Positions 35,901 to 48,455 of a stretch of DNA of 64,000 bases are shown piece by piece. The position numbers and the translations under genes were made by a program. Origin of the DNA: Octopus vulgaris (Eukaryota); NCBI GenBank assembly GCA_951406725.2, contig OX597820.1:23560001-23624000 (forward strand). Reading direction: 5' to 3'. The notes beneath the pieces are model-generated. The model saw nothing but the letters and a program-made list of their open reading frames with translations. It was not told the origin of the DNA and made no database searches. Position 1 is the stretch's first letter, and each line of letters opens with the position of its first letter.

Positions 35901-38829
35901 CTTTTCATTTCTCTCATTTTTCACATTCTTTTGTTTTTAATAAATTAACTAATCAGAGACAATTGAAACTTAATAAAATATGTACACCAATAACATGTGG
36001 ATCAGACCCACATAACTGAAATATTGTTTGTGGTAAGGGGAACCAAATGAGCATGTATCTACAAAGATGTTTTAAAAGTTTTGGGTGAATGACTCCTTTC
36101 ACCCCCACCCCAAAAGGTGATCTACTTAAAAAAAAAATCATCTAAATATATCTACAAGATTTGTGCGTCAGTTGTTATACTTTTCAAAATATTTTTAAGA
36201 AGTCAGCCATCATGGAAACCTGCCAGCATGTAATTGTAACATCAAATTTTTTGTTTCTGCTGCTGCTACTTCTAAATAACCAAATATTTAACAAAATTTT
36301 TAAAAAGATGACTATCACTTTTTTTACTCAATACTAAATCTTCATAAGTTTACAAAACTTCATAAATTAAAATTAATTTTTTTTCTCTTAAAAATCAGTT
36401 GTCTACTTCAGAAAGTGGTACGGTAGATCTGCTATTATGAAACTATAAATAAATATATAGAAGCATCATTATCACTATCACATACATAGGTTATGAAACA
36501 GATAATTTGTTTGTTAGTAGGAAGAGCAGGTGATAGCTGCTTTCATGACACACTGATTTTATTTTATTAAAACTTTTTATTTTCTTTTTGGTATTTACCA
36601 AAATACAAAATACTAATGTCTCTCAACCTATAAGATGAAACATGAAAACGAATGGAAAATGAAAACTTATTTAATTAAGCTTCTTTTTATCTTTTTATTT
36701 TCTTTTTCAATAACTTGAAGTTAACACAAAATGTAGCACAAGTGAGGAGAATATAAGACAGAGAGGAATGAAGTAGTACCCAAGTAAAATGTAACCCTAA
36801 AAAGGTAACCTGAACTGAAGTTAAGATAGTCAGGAAGTAGAAGTATCATATTTTGTCTGCAAGAGCACCAACTGTCAGTATATGATACATATGGTAAGAA
36901 TAGACAAAAGGTAGACGTTACAGTTAAGTTGCTAATATAACAATTTCCTAGATTCCAGGGCATGGCTTCATAACTTTATTAAAAATATTACACTGAATCC
37001 TTGAGCAACATATATTTATTAGCTTTCACTTCATATAAATACTGTCTGCACTAGAAATATATGATGCATGACATAATTTTGCTAGTGTCACAAGCAGACT
37101 GTCCCAAACAAGGCTATAAAAGATCTACAGAGCAGATTAAAAGGTCCATGTTTGTTTTCACACAATTTAGAACATAAAAGAATAGTAGATCAAAAGGCCA
37201 GAAGAATGAAAAGATTACAGTTAGATAAACAGCGTTTACGACATTGGTGTATTTATATAACAATGAGGCATAAAGAAAACATTATGCATAGTCATGTGTG
37301 TGTATAGTTATCATAACATCCACTTTTCAATGTTTGCATGAGTTAGAGTTTACTGAGGCAGATTTTCTACTGCTGGATGCCCTTCCTGTTGCCAACCTTC
37401 ACTTGTTCCCAAGCAAGGTAACGTTTCTCCTTGGTCAGATATGTTCCCACAGAATATTGTAAATGAATGATACAGACTGTATGACAGTGACAACCAATTT
37501 ACAACCAACACATATCAGGACAAGCACACACACACACATATGTATATACGTGACCAAGGACTATGTAGAAGTCATTTGCCCAAGGTGCTACACAGTAGGA
37601 CTGAACCTGAAACCATGTGGTTGGGAAGCAAACTTCTTAATGACACAACCATGTCTGCACCTATGCTACATACTCTCTTACTCTTTTTCATCATTTGACT
37701 GCAGCCATGCTGGAGCACCGCCTTTAGTCGAGATAATCGACCCCAGGACTTATTCTTTGTAAGCCTAGTACTCATTCTGTCAGTCTCTTTTGCTGAACCA
37801 CGAAGTTACTTTTATTTACACACACAGCTCATATATGTTATATTTAACAAACAATTAGTTTTGCTGGGAAAATATAGCCTATGGATTAGCTAAAACAACA
37901 GCATAAGTGAGTTGAAGAGTTTCATCTTTCATAAAAACATTTACCGAGATCACTCACATCACCTTAAAAGTTGTTGAGGTTCAGAAGAAAGGGACTTATA
38001 GGGATGCATACAGCATTATGACAATAAAATTTACATAATCACACAGTTTGCAGCCAGACATGAATAACTCTGTACCAGTTCAGTTTGGATGGCTCCTGTC
38101 ATCACTTTGGGCTACTAAAACTTTTTTTATCTAAAGAGTATATTTTCACAGTGATGCAAAATACAAAACTATTAAAAGCATTGTAGATGAATTTGAACAT
38201 ATATATATATATATACGAGGAGATAGCCTTCGGTCATGAATGACCATGGGATTGAAAGTTAGCCTCTGAGGCACAAGTCCGGGCAAGGTTGTTTGTGGAA
38301 GGCCAGCAGTCCCCCATGCATACCGGCCTCCCCTCTCCATGCCGCCAGTATTATCTAAGGGAAAGGCAAAGGACAATACAGCTTGGCACCAGTGACGTCG
38401 CAGCTCATTTCTATAGCTGAGTGAACTGGAGCAACGTGAAATAAAGTGTCTTGCTCAAGAACTCAACATGCAGCCTGGTCCGGGAATCAAACTCACAACC
38501 CCATGATAGTAAGCTCGACGCTACAACCACTGAGCCATGCGCCTTCACTATATATGTGTGTGTGTGTGTGTATATATATACACACACACAACCTCTAACT
38601 GAATATATATATATATATATCCCTCTCTCTCTTTCGGAGAGGCACTGAGCAGCTATACGCACACATACACACACGGCACTAACTTCCACCTACCGAATTC
38701 AATCACAAAGCTCCGGTCGGCTCGGGGCTATAGCGGAAGACACCTACCCAAAGTGCCACGCAGTGGGACTGAACCCGAAGCCATATAGCTAGGAAGCAAG
38801 CTCCCTAACCACACAGCCATGCCCGCGCC

Positions 38830-38892
<63 letters not shown>

Positions 38893-41064
38893 GTATGTAT
38901 ATCATTTATAATCTCAAAATGTGCATTTCAAGGGAGTGAAAAATATTGATTTAACCTAATAGTATAAAGCAAAAGGAATTGCCAGTAGTTTGTATGTAAG
39001 TATACATGTGTGTATGCACATGAGTAGATATGTATCTTTACATCAGTATACAGAATGTTGGCATATAAAAGAAGAAATACATATACACCAATGACAGTGC
39101 CCATGTGGTGTCACATAAAAGTGCCTGTGCAGTGCGACATAACAGTGCCCTTGCGGTGCCACATAAAAACACTCAGTGCACACTGTAGAGTGGTTGGCAT
39201 TAGGAAGAGCATCCAACAGTAGAAACAATATCAAATCATACTGGAGTCGGGGGCAGCTCCCCAGCTTTGGTCAAATTGTCCTACCCATGGACAATGGATG
39301 TTAAATGATGATCGTATATCATCATCATTTAACGTCCGTTTTACATGCTAGCATGGGTTATGTATATCAAATGATGATAATGATGATATATGTGTATATA
39401 CATATATTCATGTTTGTATGTGTGCCAGTGAGTGTGCATATATCTGAATATAATTATTTCTATGTATACACCCAGTCAATGAGCATATGTATGCATATAC
39501 TGGTCCAAGTGAATAAATCTCGTCCTGATTAAATTTTAGGAGTGGGTATCCCGCTGGAATAATGTGATGACCACAAATCCTTTGAAGGAAAACATTTACA
39601 GACAATAGAGATAATGCATACTTCCTGATATATTGGAGGTTTGGTGACAGGCAACGAGTAAATTAATGCAGCTATACATACACACATACAAACACAGTGA
39701 AAAATAATTATAAAGACAGATGAAGGACAAAGTGGTAAATGACAATACTTATGGAAGGAGTTATACAAATGAGAAATTAATCTTAATTTCATTTTAAGGT
39801 AATAAATCTTTTCTTTTGAAAATTAGCACTCATTTCATAATTTTGTACAGGTAACTAGAAATGTGATAAATGTTGAAATTTCAACTATTATATGTATATC
39901 ATATTTCTTCTAAAGATACCTGTCATGTGACAGGTAACACTTGTATTTTAACAAATTACAATAACAAAATACACTAATTCCTTTGCACTAATTCAGTAAG
40001 CTCGTCCATCACCTCACCAATTACCAAAGAAAAGTTTGTAGAATGTAGCTAATTTCAGCTGTTGGCTTACTGTAATTACTAACAAGAATAATTACAAGTT
40101 AAGATACTAGGTTAATATTAGTCTCATAGTTACAGATCAAACATTACCAAAACCATTGTGTTGTACTTCCTTGGTAAGGTACAAACGTACACAATTGCTT
40201 AGAAGGTTTAGCTGATAAATAAGTCCCCCCTCAAGAGTTGATGTAATTATCTGTAGCAAAGGGATCAAACTTACAAAGAAAATATCAATCCAACAATGCA
40301 AAATCCAGATTTGAGAAGCTATTCCCTACCAATGCAGAAATCCCTACTACAGAAATCATCATTTAACATCCACATTTCCATTCTTGCATGTATCATACAA
40401 AATTAGTTGAGGTAAATTTTTCTATGGCCAGGTGCCCTCCCTATTACCAACCCTGACCTATTTCCAACTGAGGTAAGACTTCCCCCCATAGATAGACATG
40501 TTTTTCATGGAATACTGAAAATGAACAACATAACTCGTATGATGGTGATGTTCATTTACAACCATCAGATGATGGTCAAGACAAGGATGTCTATATCCAC
40601 TATATGCAACAGAAACAGTATTGGATTGGGTATGTGCTACTGACAAAGCCCAACAAGGCAGAAATGTATCTAGAATTGTCATCACTACTGCCAAACAATT
40701 TTTGTCTCCTCCTGGTATATGTTTGTGCTTTTAAACACTGTATCCATAAGAGATATTATGCCCAGATGAATACTGCAATATATTTGCTTTTTCACAATGT
40801 ATCTGCATTCACCCTTTAGCATTCAGATTACTCTGTCAAATGTAATGCTTATTTATTCACATTGTTTTGAGTTAATCATGCATTATCTCATAGCTTTCAG
40901 ATTTCGATGTGGTTGTTTATTTGTAAGGTAGGCTGTAGGAGACCAAATGTAGCCAGTTTTAACATAAAACAGAATATTTGAGGTGGATATGACTGCTTTA
41001 AATGCTAAAGGGTCAACTATGATATACAAATGGCTATACACACACACACAATATATATATATAT

Positions 41065-41297
41065 ATTGGCATAATATAATGTTTAAAAGTTGATGATTAC
41101 CACCTATTGATCCCCTCCATTTTCTTATTGCTCTCTCTCTCTCTCTTTTTATATATGTATATCATCATCATCATCATCGCTAAACGATGATGATGATGAT
41201 GATATACATATATAAAAAGAGAGAGAGAGAGCAATAAGAAAATGGAGGGGATCAATAGGTGGTAATCATCAACTTTTAAACATTATATTATGCCAAT
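41065..41297. repeat. Almost perfect 233-bp fold-back with 5-nt loop
   Basis: Arms appear identical except one CT/AG unit; centre catcg-ctaaa-cgatg. Confidence 0.92.
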
Positions 41298-41497
41298 TTA
41301 TTTTATTTACTAAAATGACAATTACAACAATATACATACATGTATAACATTATGCTTTACATATAAATATATAAAGATACCAGTAATTATTAAAATACAT
41401 AACATACAGGAATGCATATGAATGTATACATATGCAAAATATGAGATGTAAAATTAGTTTGAAATTAAAAATTTTTAAATATAAAAAAAAAACATAC

Positions 41498-41591
41498 CAG
41501 TTTCTACATCTGTCTTTTTATTGGCGTTGGTTCCTTGGATGTTTGTTTCACTATTTGTATTTGATCTTGTGTCAACTGCTTCTGGTGATTC
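41498..41591 (-). CDS. TMEM263: Internal coding exon of TMEM263-like gene (94 nt, phase 0/1)
   Basis: gttctttccacag|GAATCA...GAAACTG|gtatgt; open frame ESPEAVDTRSNTNSETNIQGTNANKKTDVET+G joins AT of the last exon to make Asp, keeping the conserved frame. Confidence 0.75.
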
Positions 41592-43078
41592 CTGTGGAAA
41601 GAACACATTGTATAAAGAATTTAATTAGTTAATTGTTGAAATGACACCGGTAGCAAGACAAATAACCAAGTAAATTGCTTTAGGTGATGGCATTTTTATG
41701 TACATATTGTTACCTTTTAAATAACTGGAGGAGGGGAGGGAAGTTTAATGCCGGTAAAACGTGTCTCTAGTGTGTTTTTATAACCTGGTGGAACCTATTG
41801 TTTATTCAGGGTCTTTTTAATTTTTTTACCTTGTTGAGTCAACATCAAGACCTGGAAATGTTAAATCTTATTGGAGTCATTCATCCAGCCATTTCAGTCA
41901 GTGCCTTCTATGCACTTTGTAACTTAGAGAGACAGAGAAGGAAAGCTAAACTCTGTGTGTGTGTGTGAGTGTGTGCAGATGCAAGAAAATATGCAAAATA
42001 CCAAAGCTTAGAGTTGAGAACAGTGAAGTGAAGTCATTGATGGCCTATGCTCCATAGGGAGTGAAAAGTTTAATGTAAATGTAATGAAAAATCTCTCTAA
42101 AAGTATAGAAGCATTTCGTGATTAAAGTTCAAAATCTGACTAGATTTATATCACTATTCAATTCTGTAAGATTTTATTCTTCTTTGCTTGTGTTTCTATA
42201 CCAATATGTTTAATAAGCTTCAGGAACTAACTTTCTTGCAAGGAAAAGCTACATCATCAGACATACATTACTTTTACTTGTTCCAGCCATATTAAGAATA
42301 AGTGACAATACATGAGAAAGATTTGTCACATTTGAAAATCTCAAAACAGACTCAATTTGGGTGTCATTTATCTAAGGTAGATTTTTTTAAAACATAAATA
42401 TAATTCAGACAGTGTGTGTGTGACAGAACAATTGGTTTTAGATTAGGTAATTTTTTTATACCATTTCATGGAAGAAAAACATATTTAAAGAAATTACAGC
42501 TGACATATATATTCTGTCATTCACCAACCAATGAAAAACATCAATGGACTGAAATTCTACATACCTACCATCTGAATTATTAATGCATTTCTGTGAATAA
42601 AGAAGCCAGACAGTTGTTTTTCCACAATAATCAGGTGAGATTTCAGTTTATTTAGACAGGTGGGTTAGGATTATATTTTATATTCTAACAAGAATAGTTT
42701 CGGGTTTTTATAAGTAATGTCAAGTTCCATAGCTCTCAAATGTTTATAAAGGAGCAACTGATAGCTTCACTATCATGTAGTCTATCTAACATATGTTCAT
42801 TTCTCAATTTATACCTTTGAGAATAATTGAAGTCAGTGTAGTAAGTTAAAAACATTAGTTTCATGAACTACAGCAATGCTGTGTTAATACAGTAACTGGT
42901 CTTCAGCTGCATTAATATCCTTCTTACTCATGGAGTGTGCAGATTAATCAACCACAGTTGATGGCAGTCTTCACATTTTGTTACTGTAACCCTAAACTTA
43001 TTGAACAATTTAAATACAATTAAATATAATTTAATACAAAATTATCTGTACATTTTTTTTTTTCAAACTCAGCACTAT

Positions 43079-43478
43079 ACTCTTTACTCTCTTTTACTTG
43101 TTTCAGTCATGTGACTGTGGCCATGCTGGAGCACCGCCTTTAGTCGACCAAATCGACCCCAGGACTTATTCTTTGTAAGCCTAGTACTTATTCTATCGGT
43201 CTCTTTTGCCGAACTGCTAAGTTACGGGGACGTAAACACACCAGCATCAGTTGTCGAGCAATGTTGGGGGGACAAACACAGACCCACAAACATATACACA
43301 CAACATATATACACATACATATATACGATTCCGTTTCCGTCTACCAAATCCCACTCACAAAGGCTTTGGTCAGCCCAAGGCTATAGTAGAAGACACTTGC
43401 CCAAGGTGCCACGCAGTGGGACTGAACCCGGAACTATGTGGTTCATAAGCAAGCTACTTACCACACAGCCACTCCTAT
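43079..43478 (-). mobile_element. Family-A SINE, full length
   Basis: Reverse complement of other family-A copies. Confidence 0.85.
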
Positions 43479-44273
43479 ACCCATGAAAGTGAATTCTATA
43501 ATTTTTGTTTATTATTGACAATAACATATTTTAACATATTTCCTATATTATATGAACATTGCATTCAATGATTTCTTTTTAGTAACTGTGGTTTGGGTTT
43601 TTTTTTTTCAGTATCTACCAATGTGCTCCACAACATATAGTAGAAAAATATACCTAAAACTTCTATTTGGATCTACATCATAAAACTCTATTGCATCAGT
43701 ATCATTAGTGTGTAGCTAATGACCACTTTAACAGGAAGACAGAGATGTGAGACACCAGCTGCATCAACATTTCCTAATGAGAGAGCTTCTACATGTCACA
43801 TACTGTGAGAGAAAAGGCAGTTAAATCTTCCTTAAATCCCATTCTTGAGTTAAACAACATTTCCGGAAATAGAAAAAAAAAAGCTCTAAAAGAGTGGAGA
43901 TTGTGTCAGAGTACAAAAAAGAATGAAAACAAAACTATTGAAATGTGTTTGAAACTAAAATAGAAAGTTTAGTATTTGATAAGAAAATTATTCTTTTCGA
44001 AGAACAAAGAAATAAATAAGATATTTGGTCATAAATAAATAGAATTTTATTTTACTATGAGAATATGGCCATGTAATATAGGATTCAATGCCCTTATATA
44101 GTAAATATGTTCTACTACAGCCTCTGGTTAACCAATGTCTTGTGAGCTGAGTTTGATATGTGGAAACTATACAGAAGTCTATCATGTAATATGTATATGT
44201 GTGCATAAAACCAGTATCAAAATAAGTGTTGCGTAGCTTAGCCATTCAGCAAGTATAGAATAAAAACAATAAA

Positions 44274-44327
<54 letters not shown>

Positions 44328-44329
44328 TA

Positions 44330-44745
44330 GGTAGTGGGTAGCGATTTTCTTCACTACTTCAGGGAGTGACGAGCCTGCCTGACACGAGTCCTGGGCTCAG
44401 CTGGCTCCGGCTGACAGTACCTGGTATGGGCCCCTATCCAGGGTTACGGAAAGGAGACAACCTTCAAAGAAATCCGGAGTGGAACCCCCGTAGGCGGTTT
44501 AGTGTTCAACTCGACACTCTTCCGGCAGCTCCTGCAACCAAGCCGGTGCCAAACGTAATGCTCTGCACTCCTTTGGACTACATCAGCAAGGTCGAGAGAG
44601 GAATCCTGATGATTGGGCTATCCAAGATTTTCTTACATCTAGCCCAGGCCTGCGCAAAACTTGAGAGGACATCAAATGTAAAAACCAGACTAGATTAGTT
44701 TATGCCCAACTCCATTGTCTCCAGAGACAAAAGGATGCCAACAAT
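44330..44745 (+). mobile_element. Putative short non-autonomous RTE derivative (5'UTR-like + 3' tail)
   Basis: GC-rich island after (TA)n; cttccggcagctcctgcaaccaagccggtgccaaacgta and terminal ccattgtctccagagacaaaaggatgccaacaa resemble recalled RTE termini. Confidence 0.45.
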
Positions 44746-45463
44746 ATATATAAAAATATATTGTGAGGGTGCATGGGAGTGGTCAGGGTGTTGCACTCAT
44801 GATCACAATTTCAGTTCCCGGACTAGGTGGTACTTTGTGTTCTGGAGCAAAGCACTATCTCATGATGCTCTGCGAGTACATATACACCTGATGTGTGGTA
44901 CACTGTATACCTGTTCAGGTAATGTCAATTTCATGGAGAGAAAGAGCTAATGTACAACTCAAACATTTGATCGCTATAAACAAAACATTTGTGCATGTTT
45001 TCAGCGAAAAACGGAACACTCATACATTGTCCTTGTCAGGAGATTCCATCATATATATATACATATATATAAGTGGAGGTGCAATGGCCAAGCGGTTAGG
45101 GCAGTGGACTCGCAGTCATAGGATCGTGGTTTCGATTCCCAGGCCGGGTGTTGTGAGTGTTTATTGAGCGAAAACACCTAAAAGCTCCACGAGGCTCCGG
45201 CAGGGGGTGGTGATCCCTGCTGTACTCTTTCACCACAACTTTCTCCCACTCTTTCTCCTGTTGGCCTGCTCGCTTAGCCATCGAGGTGGCGTCATTCAAA
45301 GGCTAATGTACAACTCAAACATTTGATCAGCGAAAAATGGAACACTCATACATTGTCTTTGTCAGGAGATTCCATCATATATATTATATAATATATATAT
45401 ATATATATGGATACACACAGGATCTTTACCTTTTGACTGACAGATTAAAAAAAATAATTTTTT

Positions 45464-46072
45464 GTAACTAAACACTTTCAAACTTTGTATACTTGTAGAA
45501 TGTGTCACATAAAACATCTTTTACTCTTGGCGTAGTTGAAAAAATTCTGTAATTTGGAAATTATTTTTTTGGTTAAAGTTGTGGTATTTTGGTAATTTCA
45601 ACCAATTTCAGCTGAATAAAATTACTGGCGTTGTTTGTCAACAACAACTATCGGCAGTGTATATTTCGTTTGTCACTTATTTATGACATCGTTCGTGCAT
45701 TTGTCAAAGGTTTTAGGGTTAGGGCTAGAGTTACGGAAAAAAATGAAAGATGAAGCATGAACAATTATGGTGGTGCCAAGAAGTAAACATGCTTCAGATA
45801 CACTCATTTATTCATACAAACGTAACTGAGATGAAATATGTCATAAATAACAGTGACAAGTGAAATATACACCACCGGAAGTTGTTGACAAAAAACAGCA
45901 GTAATTTTATTCAGCTGAATACACGTCATTGATTGGTTGAAATTACTGAAATACGACAACTATAACAAAAAATAACTTCCAAAATACAGAATTTTCTCAA
46001 CAACGCCAAGAGTAAAAGATGTTTTATGTGACACAATCTACCAGTGTCTGAAATTTGAAAGTGTTTAGTTAC
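45464..46072. mobile_element. Fold-back DNA element with ~230-bp TIRs
   Basis: gtaactaaacactttcaaa...tttatgacat mirrored by atgtcataaa...tttgaaagtgtttagttac; internal ttaggg-like stretch ~45712-45733. Confidence 0.8.
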
Positions 46073-47384
46073 TCTTTTATACTCTTTTACTTGTTTCAGT
46101 CATTTGACTGCGGCCATGCTGGAGCACCACCTTCAAAAAATATATCATATACCTCCGACGGTCAAAAGGTAAACATCCTACACACACATGTAACACACTC
46201 ATCTGCTGGCTATTTTCAATAATTAAACATGAGCACAGCGGAGAATGTGTGAATGTTGGAAAGGAAAAGAAAATATGCTTTAGTTGATGCATAATGATAG
46301 TGTGCATGAATGATAACAAATAAGTCTAAGTGGAATGAGTTATATAGTGTGGAGAAGAGAAGATTGTCTGTGCTGGTATGTGTGATGCATATGAACGATA
46401 GCAGTTTGTGAAGAAAGGTCAAGTGATTCAAGTGGAAGAAACATGCAGATGTTGATATGGGAAGAAATGGTGAAGGCTTATCTTCAGATATATTGAACCT
46501 CACTCAGTAAATGACAAGGAACAGCAATAGGTGGTGAGATACTGTACTAGAAAAATTTCATGCAAGCATGAAAAACAAATGTAAGATGCTGATCCTGATG
46601 CTAAATACTAGTGCAGTGCTTCCTGAAATTTCCACTTTGGCAACAAACATTTTGTAAAAATAAAATTTTTACTGACATTAAGCTTTGTCAGTGAGCCAGA
46701 TATACATCTTTTATTTGTTTCAGTTACTGGAGTGTGGCCATGTTGGGGCTTTGCTCTGAAGGGATTTAGTCAAATTGCCCCCAATATTTATTTTCTAAAT
46801 TTTTTTTTAAAAGTCTGGCACTTATTCTTTTGGCCCCTCTATTGCCAAAACAATAAGTTGCAGGGATGCAAACAAACCAACACCAATTGTCAGGGGTGGG
46901 TGAAAAACATTTACATACACACTGACATAAATGTGTGACGCATTTCCAGTTTCCTTTACCAAATCCACTCACAAGGAATTGGTTGGCCCAGGGCTATAGT
47001 AGAAGTCCCTTGACCAAAGTGCTGTGCAATGGGACTGAACCCCAAACCACAAAATTGCAAACAAACACATGCAAGCCTGACACCCAAAAATGTCAAATGT
47101 ATTGCTCAAAGGATGAAAGGCAATAGAATACAGCAGTTTGATATGAAGAAAAACAATTCTTGAATATTTAGTGGAATGTTCCATAATGTTACCCTCATTT
47201 CATCATCTACCATTTTCGATGCCCTTAAGTTTGTCGTGATTGGAAATCTAATTTCGCAATTGTATGTAGTGTGAAACTACATAAAAATGTTAAGTGATAT
47301 TGGGATGCCCATCTAAAATAAAGATGCAGAAACTTTCTAATTCATGGTTTTTAGGCATCACAAATTGATTATTATTATTAGTAT

Positions 47385-48455
47385 GGCAGAAAGATAGCAG
47401 AATCATTAGCATGCCAGACAAAATGCTTCGCAGCATTTCTTCTGGTTCTACCTCTTGAGTTCAAATACTGCCAAGATCAACTTTGCCTTTCATCCTTTCA
47501 GGGCTGATAAAATAAGAACCAGTTCAATACAGGGGTTGATATAATCGACTTAACCCATTTGTCTGCCCTTGTTTGTCCTCTATGTGTTTAGCCCCTTGTG
47601 GGTAGTAAAGAAATAGGTATTTCGTCTGCCGTTACGGTCTGAGTTCAAATTCCACCGAGGTCGACTTTGCCTTTCATCCTTTTGGGGTCGATAAATAAAG
47701 TACCAGTTACGCACTGGGGTCGATGTAATCAACTTAATTCCTTTGTCTGTCCTTGTTTGTCCCGTGTTTAACCCCTTGTGGGCAATAAAAAATTAAAAAA
47801 TTATTATTAGTATGGCAGAAAGATAGAATTATTAACATGCCAGACAAAATGCTTAGCAGCGTTTCTTCTGGTTTTACCTCCTGAGTTCAAATACTGCTGA
47901 CATTGACTTTGTCTTTCATCCTTTCAGGGCTGATAAAATAAGAACTAGTTGATATAATTGACAAGCCTCCTTCACATAAATTCCAGGCTTTATGCCTATA
48001 TTAAAAAGGGTTATAATTCTTTCTACTATAGGCACAAGGCCTGAAATTTGGAGTAGGGGACAGCTGATTACATCGACTCCAGTACTCAAATGGTACTTAA
48101 TTTATTGACCCCAAAAGGATGAAAGGCAAAGTCAACCATGGGGGAATTTGAATTCAGAGCACAGCGACAGACAAAATACCGCTAAGCATTTCACCTGGAG
48201 TGCTAACAATTCTACCAGCTTACCGCCTTAGAAAGAATTATAATTCTTTCTACATTATGCACAAAGCCTGAAATTTGGGGTAGGGGGACAGCTGATTACA
48301 TCAACTCCAGTACTCAAATGGTACTTAATCTATTGACCCCGAAAGGATGAAAGGCAAAGTCGACTTCGGCGGAATTTGAACTCAGAACGTAACGGGCAGA
48401 CGAAATACCGCTAAGCATTTCACCTGGCATGCAAACGATTCAGCTCACTACCTTA
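47385..48455. mobile_element. Cluster of family-B SINE units: + strand multimer (47385-47995) followed by - strand units (48015-48455)
   Basis: Core gcctttcatcc x3 on +, ggatgaaaggc x2 after 48100. Confidence 0.75.

Noticed and set aside
41830-41850. Possible short exon with ATG (approximate coordinates) upstream of the 94-nt exon
   Set aside because: The ATG frame ends in phase 1 and the phase-0 frame contains TGA, so it is incompatible with the next exon.
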